Below, in pieces: positions 11,746-22,189 of a DNA stretch of 36,619 nucleotides. The notes under the pieces are model-generated. The model did no database searches and was not told the DNA's origin. It saw nothing but the letters and a program-made list of their open reading frames with translations. Both the position numbers and the translations under genes were made by a program. Positions within the stretch are counted from its first letter, which is position 1; each line of letters opens with the position of its first letter. The DNA is from Octopus bimaculoides (taxonomy: Eukaryota): the NCBI RefSeq assembly GCF_001194135.2, contig NC_068999.1, positions 36,120,219 through 36,156,837 of the forward strand, written 5' to 3'.

Positions 11746-12398
11746 TTTATGAAAATTTGAAATATCATATATACACATATGTTATATATTTTATACATAT
11801 GTATATATCTCTATATATGCGACAATATATACGTTTGTGTGTGTGTGTGTGTGTGTGCGTGTGTGTGTGTTTTCATATCTAGCTATATTCACAAACATGA
11901 ATCATCTCGATAATTAAGAAGGTTTCATTTGCGCTTGGGACATTGGAGAAATGAGTCCAGTCCTACAGAAGTTTGGAACTGTCCACCAAGCTTTGCATCT
12001 ATGAGGACTGCATCTTCACGTTCTTTTTTGTACTCATCTGAGACAGAAACCTTGTATCGATAGCACATTGAATTACTGTAGCGATTTCTCTGAAAGTGTC
12101 CCAGGCGTATTTCAAAGGTCAGAAATGTTTGTGCTGAAGTGAGGAGTAAGCGGATTGTCTAAGTATGAAACCCCATCACTTATCATATGCGATGGGTTGA
12201 TTATGGGATCGGTCTTGATGATTTCATGCTTTGGAAGCAATTACAGGTGTGGAGAACCATGAAGTGTATAATTATGTGCGCATAATCAAACATGAACGAA
12301 ACGCATGATGCGGATATATGTATATGTACATGTGTGCGTGTACACATAGACATGTGTTTGTTTGTGTATGCATGTGTGCGTTTTGTATACAAGCGAGC

Positions 12399-12445
<47 letters not shown>

Positions 12446-12629
12446 TGTGTGTGCGTGCGTACCTCCGGGTGTGTATATATGTTTATATATTTATAAATAG
12501 GTAAATACACGAGCGTTCTCACACAAGATGGTTAGGGAACTAATCTATGGTAAACTCAGTTTCTTGTAAAATTCCATAGCTAATACAAGAGCGATAAGAA
12601 TTAAGATATCGCTCATGAGATAACTTATA

Positions 12630-13510
12630 CGTAGTCTGATCAATAAGTATCAGGACTGTTACCATAGGAACGACCCTAAAGCACACAGAGTGAAGCTGCT
12701 TGGTACAGATTAACCTTGAACTCTGTTGTGCATGCACATTAAGTTTTAACTTTCTAGCTAACTTCTCCTCTTTACAGCAGCACTCGAAAGGAAAGTGTGT
12801 AGCGTGTGATCGTCGCATTGACCATGACATAGCAAGTTGAGCAGAGAATCTGTATCCAATTTTGTCAAAAGCTTGGCGATACCTGCTCAGAGGACTACGC
12901 AAAGTTCTCAAAACGTTTTCATCGTTCTCGACACAATCAAGGAGATTTTGTGCAACTGAAACCTGAGTGTCTTTCTGGTCAGCTGAAAGCAGTTGTTGCA
13001 CAAACTTGGCAGACAAGCGTCTGATACTCAAATCTTCAGTGATAATGGATTGAACTTGACCGTAACTAATCTGCACATCTTCTGATAACTCATGGATGGT
13101 GATTCGACGATTTCCCCTCGCAGCTGCACACACATCTGCAATGTTTTCCTCCGTTCTGCTGGCTGCAGGTCTCTCAGAACGTTCATCAATATCGACATTT
13201 TCTCAGCTATCTTGGAATCGTCTAAACCACTCGTACACTTTTGTGCGCCTCATACACTCCTCTCCATACACTTTCTGCAACTTTGCATAAGCCTCTGAGC
13301 ATCTATCATCATGACAACTGTCTCTGTAATAGTCAATGTGACAATCACATGCTACACACCTTCCTTCCAAGCACTGTTGTAAACAGCGGAAATAAGCTAG
13401 AATGTTAAAACTCGGTGTACATGCACAGCAGAGGTCCAGGTGAATCTCTGACAAGCAGCTTCACTCTTGTTACTATGGTAACAGTTCAGATACTTGTTGA
13501 TGAGACCTCG
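12630..13510. mobile_element. Non-autonomous mariner derivative made of two inverted 5' ends (881 bp)
   Basis: TA|CGTAGTCTGATCAATAAGTATCAGGACTG left; right reverse-complements to TA|CGAGGTCTCATCAACAAGTATCTGAACTG. Plus arm encodes decayed EQRIC..FCQKLGDTCSE..AK; minus arm encodes CSEAYAKLQKVYGEECMRRTKVYEWFRRFQ..RRITIHELSEDVQIS..SAKFVQQLL..ENDEN. No catalytic domain. Confidence 0.88.
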
Positions 13511-13825
13511 TATTTTTTTTTGTTTACTTATTTATTTCGAAATCCCGTACAGTCTCCTTTAAATCCGTGTATTCTTATGCAAAAGGGAGACGAATGACAA
13601 TGTTTCCATGTGGTATGCGTCAAAAGTTGTAAAGAACCACAATTATGTAACCCTTATTAGTCTTGCAAACCCAGAAATAAAAAAATACTTTTTTTATACA
13701 TACATACATATGCATATGTGTGCGTGCGTGTGTGCGAGTGAGTATGTGTATGCTTGTGAACGTATATGCATATACGTGCATGTGTATGCACGTACATACA
13801 CGCAGGCATACACGGACAGAGAAAG

Positions 13826-13837
13826 AGAGAGAGAGGC

Positions 13838-13880
<43 letters not shown>

Positions 13881-13900
13881 GAAAGAGAGAGAAGGAGAAA
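13826..13900. repeat. (AG)n/(CAGA)n microsatellite
   Basis: Read directly. Confidence 0.9.
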
Positions 13901-14399
13901 AAAGACTGAGTGAGAGAAAGCATAATTTTAACGGCCTTGCCAAAATAGTGGGACACTGTCAACTATCCGGCCCAACTGACCTTTAGAACATGTAGGATTA
14001 GTACAGAATCCCCTAGTGTTTCCTTTGGTTATAACAATTTTGGTTATAACAGTTTCAAACTGTTTATATTCAACAGTTTAAAACTGTATTAGGAACATGC
14101 CCCGAGAAGAAAGAAAAGCGAAACAATCTTAAGAATTCCCAAACTTAACGAAACATACAAGCCTAATTTATTTTCATTTAGTCTTTGACAGTTCTAATTT
14201 TCTTACTCCAGGTCTGTCAGATGAAATTATCATTTGTAATCGTTGAAGAAAATTCTTGGACGTTATCCCAAGAATATACATTTCCTTAAAGAGGTTGTTC
14301 TGAATCTTCTGCATCTAAGTAACATGAAAGAACAGTGAGAAATTTGAGAATATGTATCAATGACTGAATGATTAATCTGCCGTTCCTGATTTTATTTAC

Positions 14400-14450
14400 T
14401 TATCATCATCATCATGATCGTCAGCAGCAGCAGCAGCAATAGTAATAGTG

Positions 14451-14498
<48 letters not shown>

Positions 14499-14521
14499 AT
14501 AGTAGTAGTAGTTGTTGTTGT

Positions 14522-14555
<34 letters not shown>

Positions 14556-14556
14556 A
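14400..14556. repeat. Compound trinucleotide microsatellite (ATC)(AGC)(AGT)n(GTT)n
   Basis: Read directly; accounts for the poly-T/S/C ORFs here. Confidence 0.95.
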
Positions 14557-15049
14557 TGATCCGTGTGTTTGTATCATATGTCAAACAACGCTGCTTTATG
14601 ATGTGATATTTGACGGGGCAATGAATCTCCGTTGGCCTAATTGTATGGTTGCAGAACAAACGAGAACGGAAACAAAGAATAAAGTTTTTTGGTGACCTCG
14701 TTGTCTCTCGGACTGCAGAGGAGGTATATGAAAAGATAAATTGAACTGATAACACTTGAGTATGAAAACAAAAAAATCTGTTTTGTTCATGTGTCTGTTG
14801 CTAGTGCTAAAAGTGTGGGGGGGGGGACCTTAGAAGTGGTATTAATTGAGAGTATATCTCACTTTATAAAGATCTTTCGTTGTCTATATTCTGTAATTAT
14901 TTTAAAGGTTTTAATCAATGTGACAATGTTGGAGAAGTGTATGGAAGGATTTATTTGAAAAAATCGGTCCCCAGTAATTATTTTAACTGTGGTATTTACT
15001 GTATTGCCTCTTCTTGTCGAACCACGCAAATCTAAGCTTCAAGGAATTA

Positions 15050-15228
15050 GGCGTGAATGTGGCTGTGTAGTAAGAAGTTTGCTTCCCAACCACATGGCCC
15101 CGGGTTCAGTCCCACTGCGTGGAAACACGAGTGTCTTCTACCATTTTCTCGGGCCGACCAAAGCCTTGTGAGTAGATTTAATAAACGGAAACTTAAAGAA
15201 GCTCGTTGTATATATATATATATATATC

Positions 15229-15282
<54 letters not shown>

Positions 15283-15360
15283 TGTGTGTGTATGTGTGTG
15301 TAAATATTTATATATGTGTATCATTGTGTCCGTGTTTGTCCCTCTGCACCGCCTGACAAA
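15050..15360 (+). mobile_element. SINE family A, 3'-truncated, with internal (AT)/(GT)n
   Basis: GGCGTGAATGTGGCTGTGTAGTAAGAAG..GGGTTCAGTCCCACTGCG..GGCCGACCAAAGCCTTGTGAGT. Confidence 0.85.
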
Positions 15361-15711
15361 AAGCATAGTAATAATGATAGCAACAACAAACAAAATCTGT
15401 AAGTATTACATTTGTGCTAAATTAATACTTCATCATCTTATATGTTACTCACGGAAATACACTCTCGTTTTACCAGTGAAGTACCTGATACTTCTGTACA
15501 AGAGAACTTGAAATTTTCTTTCACTACGGGAGTGTAAATAGCTACACAGATGGAAGTACCTGTCGAGTGCTGCATTGAGAATGCACCGAATTTCTGTTTT
15601 ATCACACAGGGGTTGTACAAAGTAATGGAAACACCACTTTCTCTTCATCTACTTTTACTATTGGCACTATGACAAATTAATACTGTTCTAGTCCCTCTCT
15701 TTCTCTCCCCC

Positions 15712-15712
<1 letters not shown>

Positions 15713-15790
<78 letters not shown>
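15713..15790. repeat. Long pure (AT)n microsatellite
   Basis: Read directly. Confidence 0.95.
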
Positions 15791-15793
<3 letters not shown>

Positions 15794-16114
15794 GTTGTTA
15801 TTATTTTAAACTATCGTATGTCCAAATTTTGCCAAATGTGTCTTTTTTTAACGCTTATATTTTTTTAATACTTATATTTGCTTGCAATAGTGGGTTCCAG
15901 CTGCTTCGGACGCCAAGATATCAAAAATTATCCAAGTGTAGTACAACAGTTTTGATATAGAATGGTGAAACTATTTTTTTCGTTTTCTGTAAAGCAACGT
16001 TTTAGATTAACGACATTTTGCATAATAGCATCGATATGAATTATGGATGCCTTGTATTTTATGATATAACCCTTTGTTTTTCTGTTTTTGCAGTATTCAT
16101 TTGTAAATAAGTCT

Positions 16115-16620
16115 AAATGCGTGGCGTAACTGATTTTCCAAAGAAGACAATTTGTCGGAGTTTGGATGTCTGTAACTGCAATCACAAAATCTGCTGGAGT
16201 GTTTAATGTTTCCAGAGTTATAGTCAATAAAAATCATGTTGGCGTCCCAAAAACAAGACAAAACAAATTCTGGCAAGCATAATTCTGGACAAAAGTCTAA
16301 GCGCACGCAGAGGAATGAATCGTAGACAAATGACAGCAAAAGTGATGACACAGAGAAAAGACAGCTTCCTCAAACCTGAGTCAACCAAAGAAGCCTTCAA
16401 CCCTGACAGTTTCGGCCATACCGTGAAGTGCGGTGGCAGTTCCGTGATGATTTAGACAACCATATCATAGTCTCTTCTTGGCCCTTCAGTTATTCTATAA
16501 AGTAGAGATAACACCAAGGATTATCTGAGTATCTTTGTTGATTATATCCATCCTGCGTCACAAACATTGTTTGGTGATGGTAGTGTAATCTTCCAGGTCC
16601 ATAATACTCCGATTCACGAG
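16115..16620 (+). pseudogene. Decayed, internally deleted Tc1-like transposase
   Basis: Across frameshifts: DFQR.Q.VG, VSRVIVNK, KHNSGQKSK, PKEAFNPD..TVKCGGSSVMI, DYLSIFVDYIHP..LFGDGSVIFQVHNTPIH (decayed FQDDNAPIH, 16591-16617). TIRs not identified. Confidence 0.8.
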
Positions 16621-16778
16621 GCTAATACGCATTGCCCAAACAAGTGAGAAGTGCCCAAAATTGAAGCGAGTCACAGGCTAATGTAGGAGACACTTATCCG
16701 AAGTGCCGCGCAGTGAGAATGAGCCCGGAACCGTGTGGTTGGGAAGCAAGCTTCTTACCACACAGCCACGCCTGCACC
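16621..16778 (-). mobile_element. SINE with family A tRNA head and a different short body
   Basis: Minus GGTGCAGGCGTGGCTGTGTGGTAAGAAGCTTGCTTCCCAACCAC matches the A head for about 90 bp, then diverges from the other A copies. Confidence 0.7.
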
Positions 16779-16841
16779 TATATGATCGTGGACACCAACC
16801 GTGACTTACAACTTCTGCCATATGTCAACTATTTTCCTTCA

Positions 16842-17015
16842 GAATCAGCTTCCACATGGCAGAGGTATAGAATAAACTTGAATAATATCTGTCGCTTGTG
16901 TTTTAAACCCGGTCAGTCAGCAGCTGGTCTTAAAAGCCATCTAAGGGCTCATCAACGGAGTGTTTGTGCTGTGTGATGGAGTGTGGTGTGTCTGTTGATG
17001 CGTTGGTAATCATTA
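16842..17015 (+). mobile_element. Single C2H2 finger; probable 3' end of an RTE-like LINE
   Basis: CRLCFKPGQSAAGLKSHLRAH (16890-16952) has exact C-x2-C-x12-H-x3-H spacing, then a stop at 16976, about 40 nt, and an (AT)n tract. A host ZNF exon is not excluded. Confidence 0.5.
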
Positions 17016-17517
17016 TATATATATATATATATATATATATNNNNNNNNNNNNNNNNNNNNNNNNNNNNNNNNNNNNNNNNNNNNNNNNNNNNNNNNNNNN
17101 NNNNNNNNNNNNNNNNNNNNNNNNNNNNNNNNNNNNNNNNNNNNNNNNNNNNNNNNNNNNNNNNNNNNNNNNNNNNNNNNNNNNNNNNNNNNNNNNNNNN
17201 NNNNNNNNNNNNNNNNNNNNNNNNNNNNNNNNNNNNNNNNNNNNNNNNNNNNNNNNNNNNNNNNNNNNNNNNNNNNNNNNNNNNNNNNNNNNNNNNNNNN
17301 NNNNNNNNNNNNNNNNNNNNNNNNNNNNNNNNNNNNNNNNNNNNNNNNNNNNNNNNNNNNNNNNNNNNNNNNNNNNNNNNNNNNNNNNNNNNNNNNNNNN
17401 NNNNNNNNNNNNNNNNNNNNNNNNNNNNNNNNNNNNNNNNNNNNNNNNNNNNNNNNNNNNNNNNNNNNNNNNNNNNNNNNNNNNNNNNNNNNNNNNNNNA
17501 CAAACACTGGCACAAAT

Positions 17518-17601
<84 letters not shown>

Positions 17602-18450
17602 GTATGTGTGTATATACATATCGGACCTTTTTTCCGATTTCCGTCTACTAAATCCATATATATATGAAATTTTACTAAGGAACGATATAAAGTGACTTCG
17701 AAGTTTCATCTTTCCACGATCATTGCGAGCAAACAAAGAATTCAAAATCAGAAACCATTTTCCTTGTAAAATCCGTACTCTAATAAGAAAAAAAAATTAC
17801 CGAGAAGTCCTTCAGTTGATGTGCGTGTGTGTATGTGTGTGTGCGCGCGCGCGCGTGTTTTTAGCTCTTAGCAGCAGAAGCAGCAAACATGCATCCAAGC
17901 ACCGAAATTTGATAGGTATAGGTAAACACTAACTAAACACTCACTAATGTCTTACAAAGCTTGTGGGCTGTGTATAAATTAGCTATAAGACACAGAATCA
18001 GCGTTTGCAATGAATATTGATGAGCACGTCTATCCAAACTTTGAAGTGTTGTTTAGGATGCTGGAACTGGATCAATCGTCCAGAGACATAATCTGGTGCA
18101 GACCTTAAGTGCTGCAAAAGCACAGATTATATCGGCTGCACCGGTAGATTGAACTGTTGTATTACATGATTTCATCGCAAATTTCGTATCAACACCATGC
18201 ATTCTATGCTTCATCGAAATTCACTCAAACCGAGATAGTTTAACACTGGCGAAATTGTTAGTGATTTCGTAACAAGCTGGCGGACTTTGTATCGATTAGC
18301 TATACGAGGCAGAAGTAGCCTTTATAACGAATATTCATTAGCACAACGAATATTTACATATATAGTATATATATATACAATCAATATACACAACCAATAT
18401 ATACATATATATGCATACATATATATATATACATATATATACATACATAT

Positions 18451-18503
<53 letters not shown>

Positions 18504-18871
18504 NNNNNNNNNNNNNNNNNNNNNNNNNNNNNNNNNNNNNNNNNNNNNNNNNNNNNNNNNNNNNNNNNNNNNNNNNNNNNNNNNNNNNNNNNNNNNNNNN
18601 NNNNNNNNNNNNNNNNNNNNNNNNNNNNNNNNNNNNNNNNNNNNNNNNNNNNNNNNNNNNNNNNNNNNNNNNNNNNNNNNNNNNNNNNNNNNNNNNNNNN
18701 NNNNNNNNNNNNNNNNNNNNNNNNNNNNNNNNNNNNNNNNNNNNNNNNNNNNNNNNNNNNNNNNNNNNNNNNNNNNNNNNNNNNNNNNNNNNNNNNNNNN
18801 NNNNNNNNNNNNNNNNNNNNNNNNNNNNNNNNNNNNNNNNNNNNNNNNNNNNNNNNNNNNNNNNNNNNNNN

Positions 18872-19086
18872 GTCCATCGCAGCATTACTCAAGAAACAGG
18901 AAGAAATAGTGAGTGAAAGTTGGGGCGAACGAGTACAACAGGGGTCGCCACTATCCCCTACGTGAGCCTCGTTGAGCTTTAGGTGTTTTAGCTCAATAAA
19001 CACACACAACGCCCCGTCTGGGAATCGAAACTGCGATCCTCCGACCTCGAGTCAGTTGCCCTAACCACTGGGCCACTGCGCCTCCA
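18872..19086 (-). mobile_element. tRNA-derived SINE family D, running into an N-gap
   Basis: Minus GGAGGCGCAGTGGCCCAGTGGTTAGGGC (A-box) and GCAGTTTCGATTCCCAGAC (B-box-like). Confidence 0.8.
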
Positions 19087-19224
19087 CGCTGCAAAATGGA
19101 ATTATTCTAATAGATTGAGCCTTCTGGCCTCTTCTCAGGGCCCTGCTCTTTTTTATTTCCTCTTCCCTTCGTTTATATTATTTCACGCATTTGTATTCCC
19201 TCTGATGAACTGTGCAAGGCAACC

Positions 19225-20049
19225 ACAAAGAACGTTCAAGAAGACCACGGTCATTAACCAGCACTGCAAAGGAAAGAAATTGCTGGGAGCCCTACACCGA
19301 TCGCCACAGAAAACTGTATGACAAATGCACGTGAAACAGGAATCTTAAAATCAAGCGCCCATCGCATTTTGAAGAAAGTTCACTTAGAACATTCCAACAT
19401 TTATCCACGCTCTAAATGAAGACAATCTTGACCGAAGACCTGAAGTTTGCGTATACTATCTGGGCAAATGTGAGGAAGATGCAACATTACAATCCAAGAT
19501 TGTTTGGAGCGATGAGACCAGCTTCAAGTGAAATAACTCAATTAAGCGACACAATTTCAGTATCCCAGCAGGGCTCCTGCAAAATTTGCATTTTACTATG
19601 GAACATCATTTAAACCTACCAAGAATTACAGTGCTGTAAGGGCCTTTCTTGATGGAACTTTTCTGAACAGATGGATTGGGTGAAGGGGTAATGTTGAATT
19701 CCTACACCTTTTCCAGACCACACACCGACGGAGAGTTTTTATGGGGATATCTCAAAGATAAGATTTTTACGGCTGAAAACTAGTAATAGCCGGTGTGTTG
19801 GAAGACAAACCTGAAAGACAATGTCTCATGGTTCCAAATGAAATGATTTGTAACTCTGTTGAATTCACTGGTCCGGGTTATCGGCTGTGTTTGGAGAACG
19901 GTGGTCATCGGTTTGAACATTTGTAAACGTGCATTTATCCATTTATGAATTTAACCATTAATCTTGTTTCGAAGTAAAAACAAAAAACAAAAAAAACAAT
20001 GCATTTATTGTTAGTTAAAGAGTAGATTTGGGGCGGGGATGACACCCTG
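19225..20049 (+). mobile_element. Decayed Tc1/mariner-superfamily element (rosa/DD41D-like motifs); right terminus only
   Basis: RS.RPR, HRSPQKTV, RETGILKSSAHRILKK, HALNEDNLDRR, then after a large deletion FLDGTF.NRWIG, PDHTP.ESF/LWGYLKDK. Ends GACACCCTG|TA (20050-20051). Catalytic spacing cannot be counted because of the deletion. Confidence 0.8.
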
Positions 20050-20660
20050 TACACTGAGACGCGAGAAAACCTTTCGTTGTGGAAACACTATCGGGATAAA
20101 ATTCTCTTTGCAACTACATAATATATCATGTTAAGATAATGTAACACTATAGCGAATTACGTTAATATATTTCTGTAGATAAAGCATATTTTGAAGGAAT
20201 AGTGTAAGAATTTAATGTTTTCAAGTCAAAATATTTCAATGGATGAAATTATATTGGAATTATGAGGAAAATATAATTTAGGTAATTATATTTCTATAGG
20301 TGAAAAGTACTATGTTGTGATAAAGTGAAACTGTAATGATTTCGGAATCTCTAACCAGTTACAATTTTGGGATCTCTATAATATACTGTTATACAAGGAA
20401 TGGATATAAGGTAAACATAGACATTAAATACACATTAAATACAGATTAGTAGAAGAAATTCAGTCATGGCTTGTATCCAACTTGTATGTAAGTTCAATAG
20501 ATTAAACAACACGTATCTGAATAAATGCCATTCATACATATATACATACATACATGCATACATACATGCATACATACATGCACGCATACACACGTACACA
20601 CATATATATAGCTATATATACGTAAATATATATATTTACATACATGTATATACGTATGTG

Positions 20661-20706
<46 letters not shown>

Positions 20707-20781
20707 CAAGTGTGTGTATGTATATATATATATGAAGACAGAGAGTGAGAGAGAGAAAGAAAGAGAATCGATATAAAGTAC

Positions 20782-20918
20782 CTGAGTGGAATTCGATACG
20801 CAGTTTCCATTGGAGCTGCAAATTTCTTCCGAGTTTGGTAATTTACAGCTCTGATCCTTTACCATAACTTTCAATCTCAAACCATACTCACAATTCAGTG
20901 ACGTGCTGTTGGATGAAG
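20782..20918 (-). CDS. EYS: Internal coding exon of an eyes-shut (EYS)-like multi-EGF extracellular protein (end of N-terminal domain plus first half of EGF1)
   Basis: Acceptor tttctttttgtatattttgcag| and donor CAG|gtactt; 137 nt, phase 1 to 0, open: xSSNSTSLNCEYGLRLKVMVKDQSCKLPNSEEICSSNGNCVSNSTQ. Aligns by eye to human EYS as recalled (CPLGLRLNVTVKQQFCQESLSSEFCSGHGKCLS). Orthology versus a related invertebrate multi-EGF gene is unresolved, so the symbol is provisional. Confidence 0.72.
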
Positions 20919-20940
20919 CTGCAAAATATACAAAAAGAAA

Positions 20941-21200
20941 ATCATCATTGTCATCGTCATCATAATTATCATCATCATCATCATTGTCATGTCATCATAA
21001 TTATCATCATCATCATCATTGTTATGTCATCATAATTATCATCATCATCATCATTGTCATGTCATCATAATTATCATCATCATCATCATTGNNNNNNNNN
21101 NATCATAATTATCATCATCATCATCATTGTCATGTCATCATAATTATCATCATCATCATCATTGTCATGTCATCATAATTATCATCATCATCATCATCAT
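20941..21200. repeat. 35-bp minisatellite built from (ATC)n
   Basis: Unit GTCATCATAATTATCATCATCATCATCATTGTCAT recurs at 20991, 21026 and 21061; interrupted by a 10-N gap at 21092-21101. Confidence 0.9.
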
Positions 21201-21289
21201 AACTATTACCATCATCGTCGCCATCATCATCATCATCAGCATCAGCAGCTGCAGCATCATCATCAGCATCATATTATATCATAGTATCA

Positions 21290-21803
21290 TTACCATGTCA
21301 GAGAGAAGCAGATACTATCAAAAGTCACCAGATTACGAATATACGAAGCCCAATACTACACTAGCTACATACATCATCAGCGTGACATGGTGACCTCAAC
21401 TCAAGATGAACACCAGATGTCCTTGCAGATGGGTCCTAATTAGAATTTTCTTCAGGTCACGTTGCCCGTCCCACTCAAAATGTCCCTGAATAAGCTTTAT
21501 TTAAGGCTGATGAACGAAATGTCCATTGTTTCCAGAGGTGAATTATTCAAACCTTAAACAATTTATCTCAACACATGATGCCTCCCCACTACTCTTACTC
21601 GTGATCAGAGAGGTACATATAATCAGCCATTAATAGATATGCACAAATGGGTAAAGTGAAACAGCTGAAAACCGATTCTGTGTTATGGAGCAGAATATTT
21701 GCTGCAGTCCATCTTTTAGACAAAACATATACTTGCTAACATTTCCAATCAGTTAAGATCAGGAGTCATGAGAGCTATTGTCTGGCATGGCATCAGGGCA
21801 TTT
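21290..21803 (-). mobile_element. Non-coding interspersed repeat flanked by AAT/GAT-type microsatellite at both ends
   Basis: Minus begins TGCCCTGATG right after an AAT tract and ends in ATAATAATGATG repeats. Recognised from memory as a recurrent octopus repeat; unverified. Confidence 0.5.
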
Positions 21804-21822
21804 TTATTATTATCATTATCAT

Positions 21823-22132
21823 TTTCCGATTCAATTGCATTTTATTTCAACTTCTGACCGGGTCTCAACCACAGACCTAAGGCACGTATATATTAGACGG
21901 AAAGGAACCTTCTAAGAACGTGGGCGATTGATGTCAACACAATTTTTGAATTTCATAGATTGTTGTTTTCCCACGGATTTGGTCAAAAATTTGTCAGTAA
22001 CTTCCTTGATCACTTCTGAGGCACCTACAACAACAGGGATGGTATTGGTTTTTAATTGCCACGTCCTAGATATTGCAACCTCAAGGCCCTGATATTTCAA
22101 CAGTTTTACAAATTCTTTTGCTGAAATGTGTC
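21823..22132 (-). pseudogene. 3' end of R4/Dong-like LINE (REL endonuclease C-terminus)
   Basis: KEFVKLLKYQGLEVAISRTWQLKTNTIPVVVGASEVIK..IVLTSIAHVLRRFLSV*, short 3' UTR, then an AATGAT/AAT tail at 21805-21822. Confidence 0.8.
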
Positions 22133-22189
22133 TATAAATAGGTAGTCATATCAATTAACAGATATGTTTTTTTAAAGTTTTTGACGACG

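Noticed and set aside
14212-14300. Strong plus-strand acceptor ttttcttactccag|
   Set aside because: All three frames stop before a good donor; no recognisable product.
15050-15125. tRNA genes at SINE heads (also 4200-4281, 19000-19086, 24190-24280)
   Set aside because: A/B boxes are present, but they run into SINE bodies and I could not fold convincing cloverleaves.
15470-15640. Cadherin-like ENAPNF..LYKV and RNase H-like YTDGS peptides
   Set aside because: In different short frames with stops, wrong motif context, and no splice support.
19201-19245. Second hammerhead-like CTGATGA...GAACGTTC motif
   Set aside because: No GAAA core or closing stem I; the 3' part is the RS.RPR codons of the transposase.
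20941-21200. 35-bp repeats as a CRISPR-like or His-rich coding repeat
   Set aside because: No spacers, period not divisible by 3, and clearly derived from (ATC)n.
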